A DNA stretch of 64,000 nucleotides, from contig JBEPVF010000003.1 of assembly GCA_041691135.1 (NCBI GenBank), positions 64,001 through 128,000 of the forward strand, read 5' to 3'. This DNA is from Candidatus Peribacteria bacterium. Lineage in GTDB: Bacteria > Patescibacteriota > Gracilibacteria > Peribacterales > Peribacteraceae. Positions 37,530 to 46,457 of this stretch are shown here, one piece after another. Under the pieces are notes generated by a model, which was not told where the DNA came from, did not search any database, and was given only the letters and a program-made list of their open reading frames with translations. The position numbers were made by a program, and so were the translations under genes. Every line of letters starts with the position of its first letter. Within the stretch, counting starts at the first letter, position 1.

Positions 37530-37859
37530 ATGTTCGATCCTATGTCGGATCTCACGGATGATCAGCCGGTCGCTCAGCAGAGCCACGACGATATCATCGG
37601 CCTTGCGCGCCCGCCGCGCGGTGGCGGCCAGGGCGGTCAGGGCGGCAATAGCGGCGGTCGCTTTGCCGACGATATCCATTCCGTCACCATCCATGCGCGC
37701 CAGCGCACGTTCTACATCGACCTCAAGCAGTCGGGGAACGGCAAGTTCTTCAAAGTTTCCGAAAAGTCACGCGGCGGTCAGAAGACGACCATCATGTTTG
37801 ATGTCGAAGATCTGGATAAGTTCATCGAGGCTTTCCAGGAGATGAAGACGAAGTTGTAA
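37530..37859 (+). CDS. PUR-family (DUF3276-like) ssDNA/RNA-binding protein
   Basis: RTFYIDLK...KFFKVSEK...TTIMFDVEDLDKF; Gly-rich N-terminus; start uncertain. Confidence 0.8.
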   Translation: MFDPMSDLTDDQPVAQQSHDDIIGLARPPRGGGQGGQGGNSGGRFADDIHSVTIHARQRTFYIDLKQSGNGKFFKVSEKSRGGQKTTIMFDVEDLDKFIEAFQEMKTKL

Positions 37860-37861
37860 TT

Positions 37862-37998
37862 TGACGAAGCCGACGAAACCGACGGCGTCGAAGAAACCGA
37901 GGAATGTCCTCGGTTTCTTTTTATTCACCAGACATATCGATTCTATCAATATTTTCGAATCCTTGGTTCCCTCGGTTACTTCGGTTCCGTCGATTTCC
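37862..37998. repeat. 9-mer tandem inverted-repeat element overlapping the fmt 3' end
   Basis: GAAGCCGAC GAAACCGAC ... AAGAAACCGAGGA..TCCTCGGTTTCTT ... CTCGGTTAC TTCGGTTCC. Confidence 0.75.
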
Positions 37999-38866
37999 TC
38001 CCCGTCGCCCACGCCTTTCCGCTTACCGGTTTCTTCGAAGGTACCTGTATTTCGATCAAATAGAGTGTCGTGTTGTCTTTGCATTCCAACGGAGTTGCTT
38101 CCGGCTGCTCAGAGAGATCTGTTTTCAGAATCTTCAACTCAGTTCCTTCGATAGTCATGGTGACGCCCGGCCAGGGGACGAGGGCCCGGACTTTGCGATC
38201 GATCTCTTCGGCAGTCATGGTTGTCGGGTCTACCAGACCATCCTCACGCTTCAATTTTCGGCAGACGGTGATCCGCGATTCATTCTGCGGTTCGGCTCGC
38301 AACGGCTCCTTAAGAGTATCGGTGAGCAATGGCGCACTGATCGTGGCAAGGCGCTCGTGGAGTGTTTCGGTCGTTTCGCGTGCGGTGATGCTGATGGCAC
38401 GGCGGGCGACGACGGGGCCGGCATCCAATTCCTTCACCATCTTCTGGATCGTGACGCCGGTCTGCGTCTGGCCCGAGAGGATGGCTTGATGGATCGGTGA
38501 CGCACCGCGCCATTGGGGAAGCAGCGACGCATGAACATTGAGTGGTGCAATACGGGGACTATCGAGAATACTCTGGGCAATGATCTGTCCGTACGAGACG
38601 ACAATCAGATAATCGGGTGGTGGCAGATTGCGGATAAGCTCAGCGTAGGCGTCGTTCAGTTTCTGGGGTTGCGCCACCTTTAATCCCAATTGGTCTGCCG
38701 CCTGTTTGACGGGTGGGGGAGTGAGGACCTGTTTGCGGCCAATGGGCTTGTCCGGCTGTGTGATCACCAGGTCGACCACGAACGCCGAATCGCGGGCCAA
38801 CGCCTCCAGACTGGGGATGGCGAATGAGGATGTGCCGCAGAAGATAATATGCAATGGGTTGGCCAT
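37976..38866 (-). CDS. fmt: Methionyl-tRNA formyltransferase
   Basis: FCGTSSFA, TQPDKP.GR, NVHASLLPQWRGASPI, LDAGP. Confidence 0.96.
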   Translation of the reverse strand: MANPLHIIFCGTSSFAIPSLEALARDSAFVVDLVITQPDKPIGRKQVLTPPPVKQAADQLGLKVAQPQKLNDAYAELIRNLPPPDYLIVVSYGQIIAQSILDSPRIAPLNVHASLLPQWRGASPIHQAILSGQTQTGVTIQKMVKELDAGPVVARRAISITARETTETLHERLATISAPLLTDTLKEPLRAEPQNESRITVCRKLKREDGLVDPTTMTAEEIDRKVRALVPWPGVTMTIEGTELKILKTDLSEQPEATPLECKDNTTLYLIEIQVPSKKPVSGKAWATGRKSTEPK

Positions 38867-38959
38867 TTGTGGAATTGTACATGATTATTGGTCGAATAGG
38901 CGGAATGATTGGACAGAACGGTGGACGGACCGGATAAAGACGCCATACTATGGCGTCCT

Positions 38960-39286
38960 ATGTCCAAGCGTTCGTCTATGGTCGGCTCGGCGGTCCGCGA
39001 GATCATCGCGCCGGTGCTGCGTGAATGCCCGCCACAGTGCGGCATTACGTCGATCACATCGGTCGATGTATCCGACGATTTTTCGTACGCGACGGTCTAC
39101 ATTTCGACTCTGCAGGAACCGCAGATGGCGCTGGATTTTCTGGAACGCAAAACAATGGATTTGCAGCGGCAACTGGTGAAGCTCGACCGGAAAAAGATTC
39201 CGCGGCTGCGCTTTCGTTTGGATCGGCAGGGCGAGAGGGGAAGTAGAATTGATGAACTGCTGAAAGAGAGTGAGAAGGTGCAATAA
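38960..39286 (+). CDS. rbfA: Ribosome-binding factor A
   Basis: ITSVDVSDDFSYATVYIS, IPRLRFRLD, RIDELL. Confidence 0.9.
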   Translation: MSKRSSMVGSAVREIIAPVLRECPPQCGITSITSVDVSDDFSYATVYISTLQEPQMALDFLERKTMDLQRQLVKLDRKKIPRLRFRLDRQGERGSRIDELLKESEKVQ

Positions 39287-39385
39287 TCTTTGATTGCTCC
39301 AGGGGCATTCGGAAGATTTTGGGCAGGGCGCTGTCGCTTTCTGCGCAGTGCGTGCAAGTTTTTCGATTCATCGTGAGCAGGTGCG

Positions 39386-39590
39386 CCCTCTCCCCGGCCC
39401 TCACCCCGGCCCTCTCCCACAATCCTATGCTGCAAAGGGAATCATGATAGTTCATTCATCACTGAGCAACAGACACCTGCCGGGAGAGGGAGCTGTGTGT
39501 TTTCTTGTACTAAGACAAATAGATCAACACGTCCTTCCCCGTGTTGGCGTGTGGGGGCCGGGGAAGGTGCCCCAGAGGGCGGATGGGGTA
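39386..39590. repeat. GC-rich palindromes of CCCTCTCCC/GGGAGAGGG type; probable decayed element
   Basis: CCCTCTCCC/GGGAGAGGG and CCTTCCCC/GGGGAAGG arms in a ~420-nt gap. Confidence 0.6.
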
Positions 39591-39708
39591 CAAGGACAAG
39601 AAAAATTTTCATCCGTACTCCACAAGATACTTCCAATCACTTGCAAGACCAGACCATTGAAGCAGGCCGTCACTCCTGCCTACACTCACTTCCTTTTACC
39701 CATATCTT

Positions 39709-40692
39709 GTGCCGATCACGTTGCACGACGCAGAGCAGGCGAAAAAACTGCTGGCTGGAGCCACACGCATTCGCTGTGTGTGTCACCGGAACCCCGATGG
39801 GGATGCGATCGGGTCGCTCCTGGGAATCGGTCAGTTAGTGGAGCAAGCCTTCCCGACGGCCGAGGTAACGATGCACTGTGTAGATCCAGTTCCCGAGACA
39901 TTTCATTTTCTGCCCGGCGTCTTCCGGATCAAACCGTTTCCGCCGCTGTCGGATCTGTCGCCGGAGCGTGATGTGTGTATTTTTGTCGACTGTGCCGAAC
40001 CCAAACTGACCGAACTGCACGAGACTCATGCGGTATTGTTCGATGGGACCTACAAGACGGTCATGTTCGATCATCATCCGAGTAACCCGCTGTTCGCCAC
40101 TGTCAATTTTCTCGTTCCACATGCCGCATCGACGTGTGAAATTATCGTGGAATGCGCCGATCAGTTGCACTGGGAGATCACTCCCGATATCGCCACCTGT
40201 CTGCTGACCGGTGTGTACACCGATACCGGTGGGCTGCTGCACAGCAACACGACACCACAGGTGTATCGGACGGTTGCACGACTGTTGCGAGCCGGCGCGC
40301 GGCGTCAGGCGATCGTCACTGCCGTGTTCCGCACGGCCACGGTCAGCACATTAAAACTCTGGGGCCGGGTTCTCGAAAAAATTACGCTCACCGAGGAAGG
40401 CGGAGCGATTTCGGCTGTCACCGAAGGGGATTTTCGTGCCACGGGCGCCGAGTACACCGACCTCACCGGAGCGATCGATTACGTGAACGCGATTCCCGGC
40501 ATGCGGTTTTCGCTGATTCTGTCCGAGAGAGAAGGGAAGGTGAAGGGATCATTGCGCACATTGCGCGATGACGTCGACGTCTCGAAGATGGCGGGCAAAT
40601 TCAGCGGCGGCGGACACAAAAAAGCGGCAGGATTCGCTTTGCCGGGCAAATTAAAGCCGGAAGTGCGCTGGAAAGTAGTGGAAGAAGAATAA
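39709..40692 (+). CDS. nrnA: DHH/DHHA1 bifunctional oligoribonuclease/pAp phosphatase
   Basis: HRNPDGDAIGS, DHH, TDTGG, GGGHKKAAG. Confidence 0.92.
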   Translation: MPITLHDAEQAKKLLAGATRIRCVCHRNPDGDAIGSLLGIGQLVEQAFPTAEVTMHCVDPVPETFHFLPGVFRIKPFPPLSDLSPERDVCIFVDCAEPKLTELHETHAVLFDGTYKTVMFDHHPSNPLFATVNFLVPHAASTCEIIVECADQLHWEITPDIATCLLTGVYTDTGGLLHSNTTPQVYRTVARLLRAGARRQAIVTAVFRTATVSTLKLWGRVLEKITLTEEGGAISAVTEGDFRATGAEYTDLTGAIDYVNAIPGMRFSLILSEREGKVKGSLRTLRDDVDVSKMAGKFSGGGHKKAAGFALPGKLKPEVRWKVVEEE

Positions 40693-40795
40693 GGCAGGCT
40701 TCATATAGGGATAGAGTCGCAGGCGCTTGTCAGCTCTTTCTGTTTCGGAATCGGCATTGCTATTGATAGAGTGATCAAGATCTCTCTATTCTTTG

Positions 40796-41860
40796 ATGTT
40801 TCTGCGCTCTCATCGGCAGCACGGCTTCACACTTATCGAAATTATGATGGTCATTGCCATCATTGCGATGCTCGTCAGTGTCGTGCTCGTCGCTCTCAAT
40901 CCGTCGAAACAAATTGCCAATGCCCAGGATAAGTCACGACTGAATGATGTCGATAAACTGCGCAAGGCCATGTCGCAATATCAAATCGACTTCGGTGTAT
41001 TGCCGCAGGATGCCTCATGGCCGTCGATCGCCGAAACGCCCAAGCCGGTCTGTGCACCTGGAAAAGTAAATGCGGCTTGTGTGAATTTGGATGCCCAATT
41101 GGTGACGGCGTATCTCACGAGCATCCCGCATGATGCCAACGAAGTGAACCCGAATTTTTCCGGTTACAAAGTGGCAAAGAGCACGCCGGTGCCAGTGGTT
41201 GTGGCGACGAATATGAACCATACCGAGTATGGACTCGACAATGGCCTGGTAGGTCATTGGAATTTTGAAACGCTCGGCAATATTGCATACGATGCCTCCT
41301 TGAGCGGGAACAACGGCAGTATGACCGGTGTTCTTTTGACATCATCTGTTCCCAAGACCACCTTTCCGGACACCAAAAGTGCCAGCTTCAGTGCGGCTAC
41401 GTACATGATCACCGGCAATCCGGCGGCGTTGCAATTATCGAACGGAACCGTGTCGGCATGGATCAATGTGCCTGTCGGAGGCGCTGGTGCAGGCTATCGC
41501 GGCATCGTCACCAAACGATCCGCCTACAGCATGTATCTGCTGAATAATGTATTTGGTGTGTACGATTGGGGGGCAAACCTGGGCCGCAGCTCGGGCGTGT
41601 CCCTGAATGATGGCAAGTGGCATCACGTTGCCTACACATTCCAGAGCGGCGTTGCGAATGGGACGACGTTGTACATCGACGGAGTTGCAATTGTATCCAC
41701 CACGACAAGTGTATCCAACCAGACACTGGCTGTGGCAGTCGGGGCAGGAGGTCCGGTAGGCGGCATAGAGTTGTTCACCGGCAGTATCGATGATGCACGT
41801 ATTTACAACCGGCTGCTGACGGCAGTCGAAATAGCGGCGCTTGCCAAAGGAGAGGGGTAG
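40796..41860 (+). CDS. Type IV pilin-like protein with C-terminal LamG domain
   Basis: GFTLIEIM prepilin motif; LVGHWNFE, WHHVAYT, GSIDDARIYNR. Confidence 0.88.
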   Translation: MFLRSHRQHGFTLIEIMMVIAIIAMLVSVVLVALNPSKQIANAQDKSRLNDVDKLRKAMSQYQIDFGVLPQDASWPSIAETPKPVCAPGKVNAACVNLDAQLVTAYLTSIPHDANEVNPNFSGYKVAKSTPVPVVVATNMNHTEYGLDNGLVGHWNFETLGNIAYDASLSGNNGSMTGVLLTSSVPKTTFPDTKSASFSAATYMITGNPAALQLSNGTVSAWINVPVGGAGAGYRGIVTKRSAYSMYLLNNVFGVYDWGANLGRSSGVSLNDGKWHHVAYTFQSGVANGTTLYIDGVAIVSTTTSVSNQTLAVAVGAGGPVGGIELFTGSIDDARIYNRLLTAVEIAALAKGEG

Positions 41861-41987
41861 TGAGAGATCAGCAATGGATCACTCTACAATTTTATACAAC
41901 CGTTTTGTTGTATCGTAACTTCAACTAAGAATCAGAAGTACTCCTCTGTCACTTCCTTCTCTGCCGACTGTTGATATAGTGCATTCG

Positions 41988-43082
41988 ATGAAGAAGTGCG
42001 CAACAGGCTGCCCAAAGACCGGCTTTACTCTTATAGAGCTCCTCGTTGTTATAGGTATCATTGCAATTCTGGCTTCGATTGTCATAGTGGCGGTGAATCC
42101 CAGCAAACAGCTGCGCACTGCCCGGGACAAAGAGCGTCTTAGCGAGACAAACCAGCTCCAGAAATCTTTGCAGCAATATCAGATCGACAAAGGCGCATTG
42201 CCGCTTGATAGCCAATTACCAACTGTATCGGTAGCGGCCAAACCGGTATGTGCAACGGGTCAGTCCGATCCGACATGTTTGAGTTTGGACACCAGCAGTG
42301 TCGGGCTGGTCGGGCCCTACATTGCGCAAATGCCCCACGATCCAAATGAGCCGAACGTCAAATATTCGGGCTATAAAGTCGCGAAGGGTACGCCGCAGCC
42401 GGTGGTTGTTGCCACGAATCTGGGACATACGGTTTACACCTTGGAACAGGGCCTTGTCGGTCGCTGGAATTTTGAAGTTCCCGGAACGACGGCTTACGAC
42501 GGATCTCTCTACGGTAATAATGGAACGTATGCGGCGGGTGCTTCCCGGACGACCACAGTTACAGCGCCGCTGTCGGCAGGTGGTTTACCGAATACGGGCA
42601 GCGCATCATTCAACGGGGTCGCAAGTGCGGCGATTACGGTCACTAATCCTCCCTCCATGAACGGGCTCACCAGTATGTCATGGACGGCATGGGTCTACAC
42701 CCAGAACTTACCCAAGGATCAGATGATTACGTACCGCAATACCAATTACCTGCGGATTAATTCCAGCCGTTTCCTGGCGAACTTCGTGACGGCTGCCACC
42801 TCATCGAATCAGCAGTTCGCCGCCACCAGTCTGGTTGCGAACAAGTGGTACCATTTGGGAGCCAGCTTCGACGGCACAACCCTCAAAATGTATGTGAACG
42901 GCGTACTCGATACGACACATGCTTTCACTCCTTCTACCCTTAGCTTCACCGGCAATTTCGCGATGGGCAACTCAGCCAGCGGCGGTACTTGGGCTATGCA
43001 GGGGTACATCGATGATGTGCGCGTGTACAATCGCGTCCTCAGTGATGCGGAGATGGCGGCACTCGGGCGCGGCGAAAACTAG
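41988..43082 (+). CDS. Type IV pilin-like protein with C-terminal LamG domain (paralog)
   Basis: GFTLIELLVV; LVGRWNFE, WYHLGASFDG, GYIDDVRVYNR. Confidence 0.88.
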   Translation: MKKCATGCPKTGFTLIELLVVIGIIAILASIVIVAVNPSKQLRTARDKERLSETNQLQKSLQQYQIDKGALPLDSQLPTVSVAAKPVCATGQSDPTCLSLDTSSVGLVGPYIAQMPHDPNEPNVKYSGYKVAKGTPQPVVVATNLGHTVYTLEQGLVGRWNFEVPGTTAYDGSLYGNNGTYAAGASRTTTVTAPLSAGGLPNTGSASFNGVASAAITVTNPPSMNGLTSMSWTAWVYTQNLPKDQMITYRNTNYLRINSSRFLANFVTAATSSNQQFAATSLVANKWYHLGASFDGTTLKMYVNGVLDTTHAFTPSTLSFTGNFAMGNSASGGTWAMQGYIDDVRVYNRVLSDAEMAALGRGEN

Positions 43083-45025
43083 TGTTGCTCGGTGGTGTTC
43101 TCCGGCGTCGGTGCGGGCGGCGGATTTGGCTGTGCAGCCTCGCGATTCGCAATCACTTCGTCGGGCTTGGTCGTGACGATGCTCGATTCTTTGGGGCTCG
43201 CGATGATCTGAATGGCTACGTGCTTGTTGCCGGCGAAGAAAATGCCCTGGCCGACACCGCAGTTGAGCAATACGTACTTCTCGCCGTCGGTAAGATAGAA
43301 TAGTTTTTGGAGATTATCGACGGCAGTGGGGGATTGCTTGAGTAGTACCTGCAGACTGGAGTTGGTGATGATCGGTTTGCCGTAGGGTGAGTTCACGAAG
43401 TCCTCCACGTCCTGCGTGATGGTCGTGATGCCCAGGTAGTACTTGCGGGCGCGCTTGACGATGCCGAACAGGAAACGGGCACTGTCCTCGTGCTGCATCA
43501 GATTCCACGCTTCGTCGATCACCAGGAATCTTTTCTTTAATTCGGTGCGTACGCGGTTCCACAGGAAGTTGAGGATGATGTAGATGGCGATGGGTCGGAG
43601 TTGTTCCTCCAAGTCGCGGATCTGGAACACTACCATCTGCTTCTCCAGTTCCACGTTGGTCGTTTTGTCGAAGATGCCGGCATAACTGCCGCTCGTGTAT
43701 TTCTGCAGCACATTGGCCATGTTCTCGCCGCCATTGGTGGTCATCAGAACATCGACCAGATCGTGCATGGTAGGCGGTTCGATGACGCCCGGATTTTCGG
43801 TGGTCAGCGCAATGCCTTTGAGTGCGTAGGTGTCGAGAATCGCTTTATCCAGAATGCCGTCTTCGGCCGGTGTGAGCGTGCCGAGCATCAGTTTGAACAG
43901 ACCGTGCAGGTTGATCACCGCCGCGCGCAGCGTTTCGCCGGTTTCGGCTTCCTCACCGCGGATCGCTTTGGGCAAATCGAACGGATTGATGCGGAAGCTG
44001 CTCTGGAGAGACATGGGAATGTACGAGCCGCCGACCGTCTTGCACAGTTCGCTGTATTCATTTTCCGGGTCGATTACCAACACTTCGGTACCGAACATGA
44101 GCGAGCGCAGAATTTCGAGTTTGACCATGAACGATTTACCGGCGCCGGAGGTGGCGAACACGTTGCTGTTGGCATTCGGCAGATCGAACCGATCGAAAAT
44201 AACCAAGCTGTCGTTGTGGCGGTTGATGCCGTACAGAATGCCGTGGTCACTGGTGAGGTCCGAGCTGGAGAAGGGGAAGCTCGTGGCTAGTGGGCTTGTG
44301 TTCATGTTGCGATTGATCTCCAGTTCATCCAAACACAGCGGGAGCGTGCTGACGAAGCCATGTTCCATCTGGAACGTCGCCGGTTTAGTCAGCACCAGTT
44401 TGCCACCAAGCAGCGACTCGATATCGGTCTGCACTTTTTTCAGCTTCTCGTCGTCCTCGCCGTACAAGGTAATGTACATGCCGAACTGAAACAGTTTCTC
44501 GCGGCCGCGGGTCAGCAGGTCGCGCAGTTCTTCGGCGTCCTGCAGGGCCGCTTCCAACGCCGGGTCGCGGACAATGCCGCGTTGCTCCAGCATGCGAATG
44601 GACGAGCGCAGTTCAGCTACTTTCTTGCGCAACATCTTCATGATGGCGCGATTGCTGGTCGGGTAGATGAACTGGGCGATGTCGAGTTCGGCATCGAAGT
44701 TCACCGTCTGCTGCAGCCAGTTGGGATAAATGTAGTTCGGCCAGTTGTAGACGAAGAGTGTCCGCGCATGGCGGTCGTTGAGCAGAATTTGATTGGATTT
44801 GATCTCCATGCCTGCCGGTGCGATCAAATCCAGAATCTTCTGCAAACCCTCCTCGTAGCTTTTTATTGCCTGACGATCTTCGCCCGTGAGCCGTTCGTCA
44901 CTGTCCTTTTTCTGGCTCTTCAGCAAATCCTGTGTTTTCTGGTGCAACCCCAGCAGATCATCAATCGCGACGACCAGCGTACTGGGCAGTGGGAGCGCCG
45001 ATGGGTGTTTGGGTGTGGATGTCAC
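43079..45025 (-). CDS. VirB4-like type IV secretion ATPase
   Basis: ATSGAGKS Walker A, VIDPENEY, INPFD, LVIDEAW, KRARKY. Confidence 0.92.
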   Translation of the reverse strand: MTSTPKHPSALPLPSTLVVAIDDLLGLHQKTQDLLKSQKKDSDERLTGEDRQAIKSYEEGLQKILDLIAPAGMEIKSNQILLNDRHARTLFVYNWPNYIYPNWLQQTVNFDAELDIAQFIYPTSNRAIMKMLRKKVAELRSSIRMLEQRGIVRDPALEAALQDAEELRDLLTRGREKLFQFGMYITLYGEDDEKLKKVQTDIESLLGGKLVLTKPATFQMEHGFVSTLPLCLDELEINRNMNTSPLATSFPFSSSDLTSDHGILYGINRHNDSLVIFDRFDLPNANSNVFATSGAGKSFMVKLEILRSLMFGTEVLVIDPENEYSELCKTVGGSYIPMSLQSSFRINPFDLPKAIRGEEAETGETLRAAVINLHGLFKLMLGTLTPAEDGILDKAILDTYALKGIALTTENPGVIEPPTMHDLVDVLMTTNGGENMANVLQKYTSGSYAGIFDKTTNVELEKQMVVFQIRDLEEQLRPIAIYIILNFLWNRVRTELKKRFLVIDEAWNLMQHEDSARFLFGIVKRARKYYLGITTITQDVEDFVNSPYGKPIITNSSLQVLLKQSPTAVDNLQKLFYLTDGEKYVLLNCGVGQGIFFAGNKHVAIQIIASPKESSIVTTKPDEVIANREAAQPNPPPAPTPENTTEQH

Positions 45026-45188
45026 AGAATCCTTTAATTATAGCGGAAAAGGCGGTTTTCTACAAGATGAGGAACCGACGTCCCCACTGGAACTGAAGCA
45101 ATCGAAGAAAATAGGATTTAAGCCAAAATTTGCAGCTGAAACTCTAAGATACGGCTTTTCGCCGGACTCCTCGGCCCCATCAGTCTCT

Positions 45189-46016
45189 TTAGAGTCCTGA
45201 CAGCCCAAAGTCGAACGATTTCGACGTGCCGTTTTGCTGCTTGATCAGACCGAGTTCCTTCACTCCCGGGACATCGACGACACGCAGGCCGGAGATGAGG
45301 ATTTCACGGTTCTGGGTAATGGCGAGGAGGCGGCGGTCCGAGAGGTCATTCAGTTGCTGGTAAATGTGCGCCACATCGCGCAACCGGTTGATATCGGACT
45401 GTGTTTTCGACACCTTCGCGTCGGCTTCGGTTGCATCGCGCTGCAGTGCGCCGGCCGTGGCATAGTCACCTTTATTGAAAGCGTCATGTAAATTCGACTC
45501 AATATCGTTCTGAGCCTGCTGCTCCGTACCAAGTGTATTGTTCAGAGTATCGATCGTCGCTTGGATCTCGGCGGCTTTGTTTTTGGTACGTACGGTGATA
45601 TTCGTCAGTCCGGTCAGGTACTCATTCAACGTGGTTGTTCGATCGGTACTCTGGTTCAGCATATCCGCAACATCCACGCTCAACACGCTGCCGAACTGCT
45701 GGAGCAGCAAGAATGCATCGTTGAGATTCTGCGGGTTCAATGGTTGTACCAATTGGAGAGCGGACTCGCTGCCGAGAACAGCCGACTGCACCGGGAAATA
45801 TCCACCTTGTGACAAGAAGATACTCGCAAAAACTCCGATGGGAGCGGTTGGCCTGTTCAGAGCACTGGTTTGTCGCAGCATCTGCATGCTGTATGTCGCG
45901 CCAGCCACTGCGCTGGTTGTATCGATAGTGTTCGTCGGCGTGCTCTTGCCGCAGCCGGTAAGGCTGAACAGGAAGAGCGCTGTGACAGCCGACGTGCGAA
46001 GGGATGTCCATTTCAT
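45189..46016 (-). CDS. Coiled-coil lipoprotein
   Basis: Lipobox LTGC; long heptad region. Confidence 0.75.
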   Translation of the reverse strand: MKWTSLRTSAVTALFLFSLTGCGKSTPTNTIDTTSAVAGATYSMQMLRQTSALNRPTAPIGVFASIFLSQGGYFPVQSAVLGSESALQLVQPLNPQNLNDAFLLLQQFGSVLSVDVADMLNQSTDRTTTLNEYLTGLTNITVRTKNKAAEIQATIDTLNNTLGTEQQAQNDIESNLHDAFNKGDYATAGALQRDATEADAKVSKTQSDINRLRDVAHIYQQLNDLSDRRLLAITQNREILISGLRVVDVPGVKELGLIKQQNGTSKSFDFGLSGL

Positions 46017-46164
46017 GGAGAGAGTTGGTCGGACTTTCTTTATATTATACATTAAATACGTTAATTTGGCAATAAGCCTATGCGGCACAGAAGTAAGGAA
46101 TACTCTGGCTTTTTGCTGTTATACGAGACAGCGATGCCGCTACGTCGCTCTTGCAAACAGCGCG

Positions 46165-46258
46165 AAGAACCAAGAGCCAAGATCCAGGGAAATCCGAAGG
46201 GTGATTCTTTAAAAACTGAAAATATTCTCGTGGGATTTGGTTTCTGGCATCTGGTTTT
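46165..46258. repeat. 7-mer tandem inverted repeat
   Basis: AAGAACC AAGAGCC AAGATCC ... TTGGTTT CTGGCAT CTGGTTT. Confidence 0.65.
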
Positions 46259-46457
46259 TAATCCGTACTTCTTTCTCCGTATCTCAGGCAATTTTTATAA
46301 AAAAACGTAGCTCCCTTCCGTGCACAATTTGTGTTCGGACAATGAGGAGAATTTGTGTGCAAGAACAAATGTTGTTTTCAGGTGTCGCTCCCGGATCTTC
46401 GTGATAGATTTGCCATAACTTCTGAACAGCAAGGTTGTTCACGAGTGCATTCCGCTT

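Noticed and set aside
39294-39708. ORFs 39294-39971, 39497-39838 and 39054-39455
   Set aside because: Read through palindromic repeats and overlap rbfA or nrnA; no coherent protein motif.
17469-45025. Integrative conjugative element or prophage
   Set aside because: No integrase, relaxase or phage structural genes; T4SS-like genes are interleaved with core genes.
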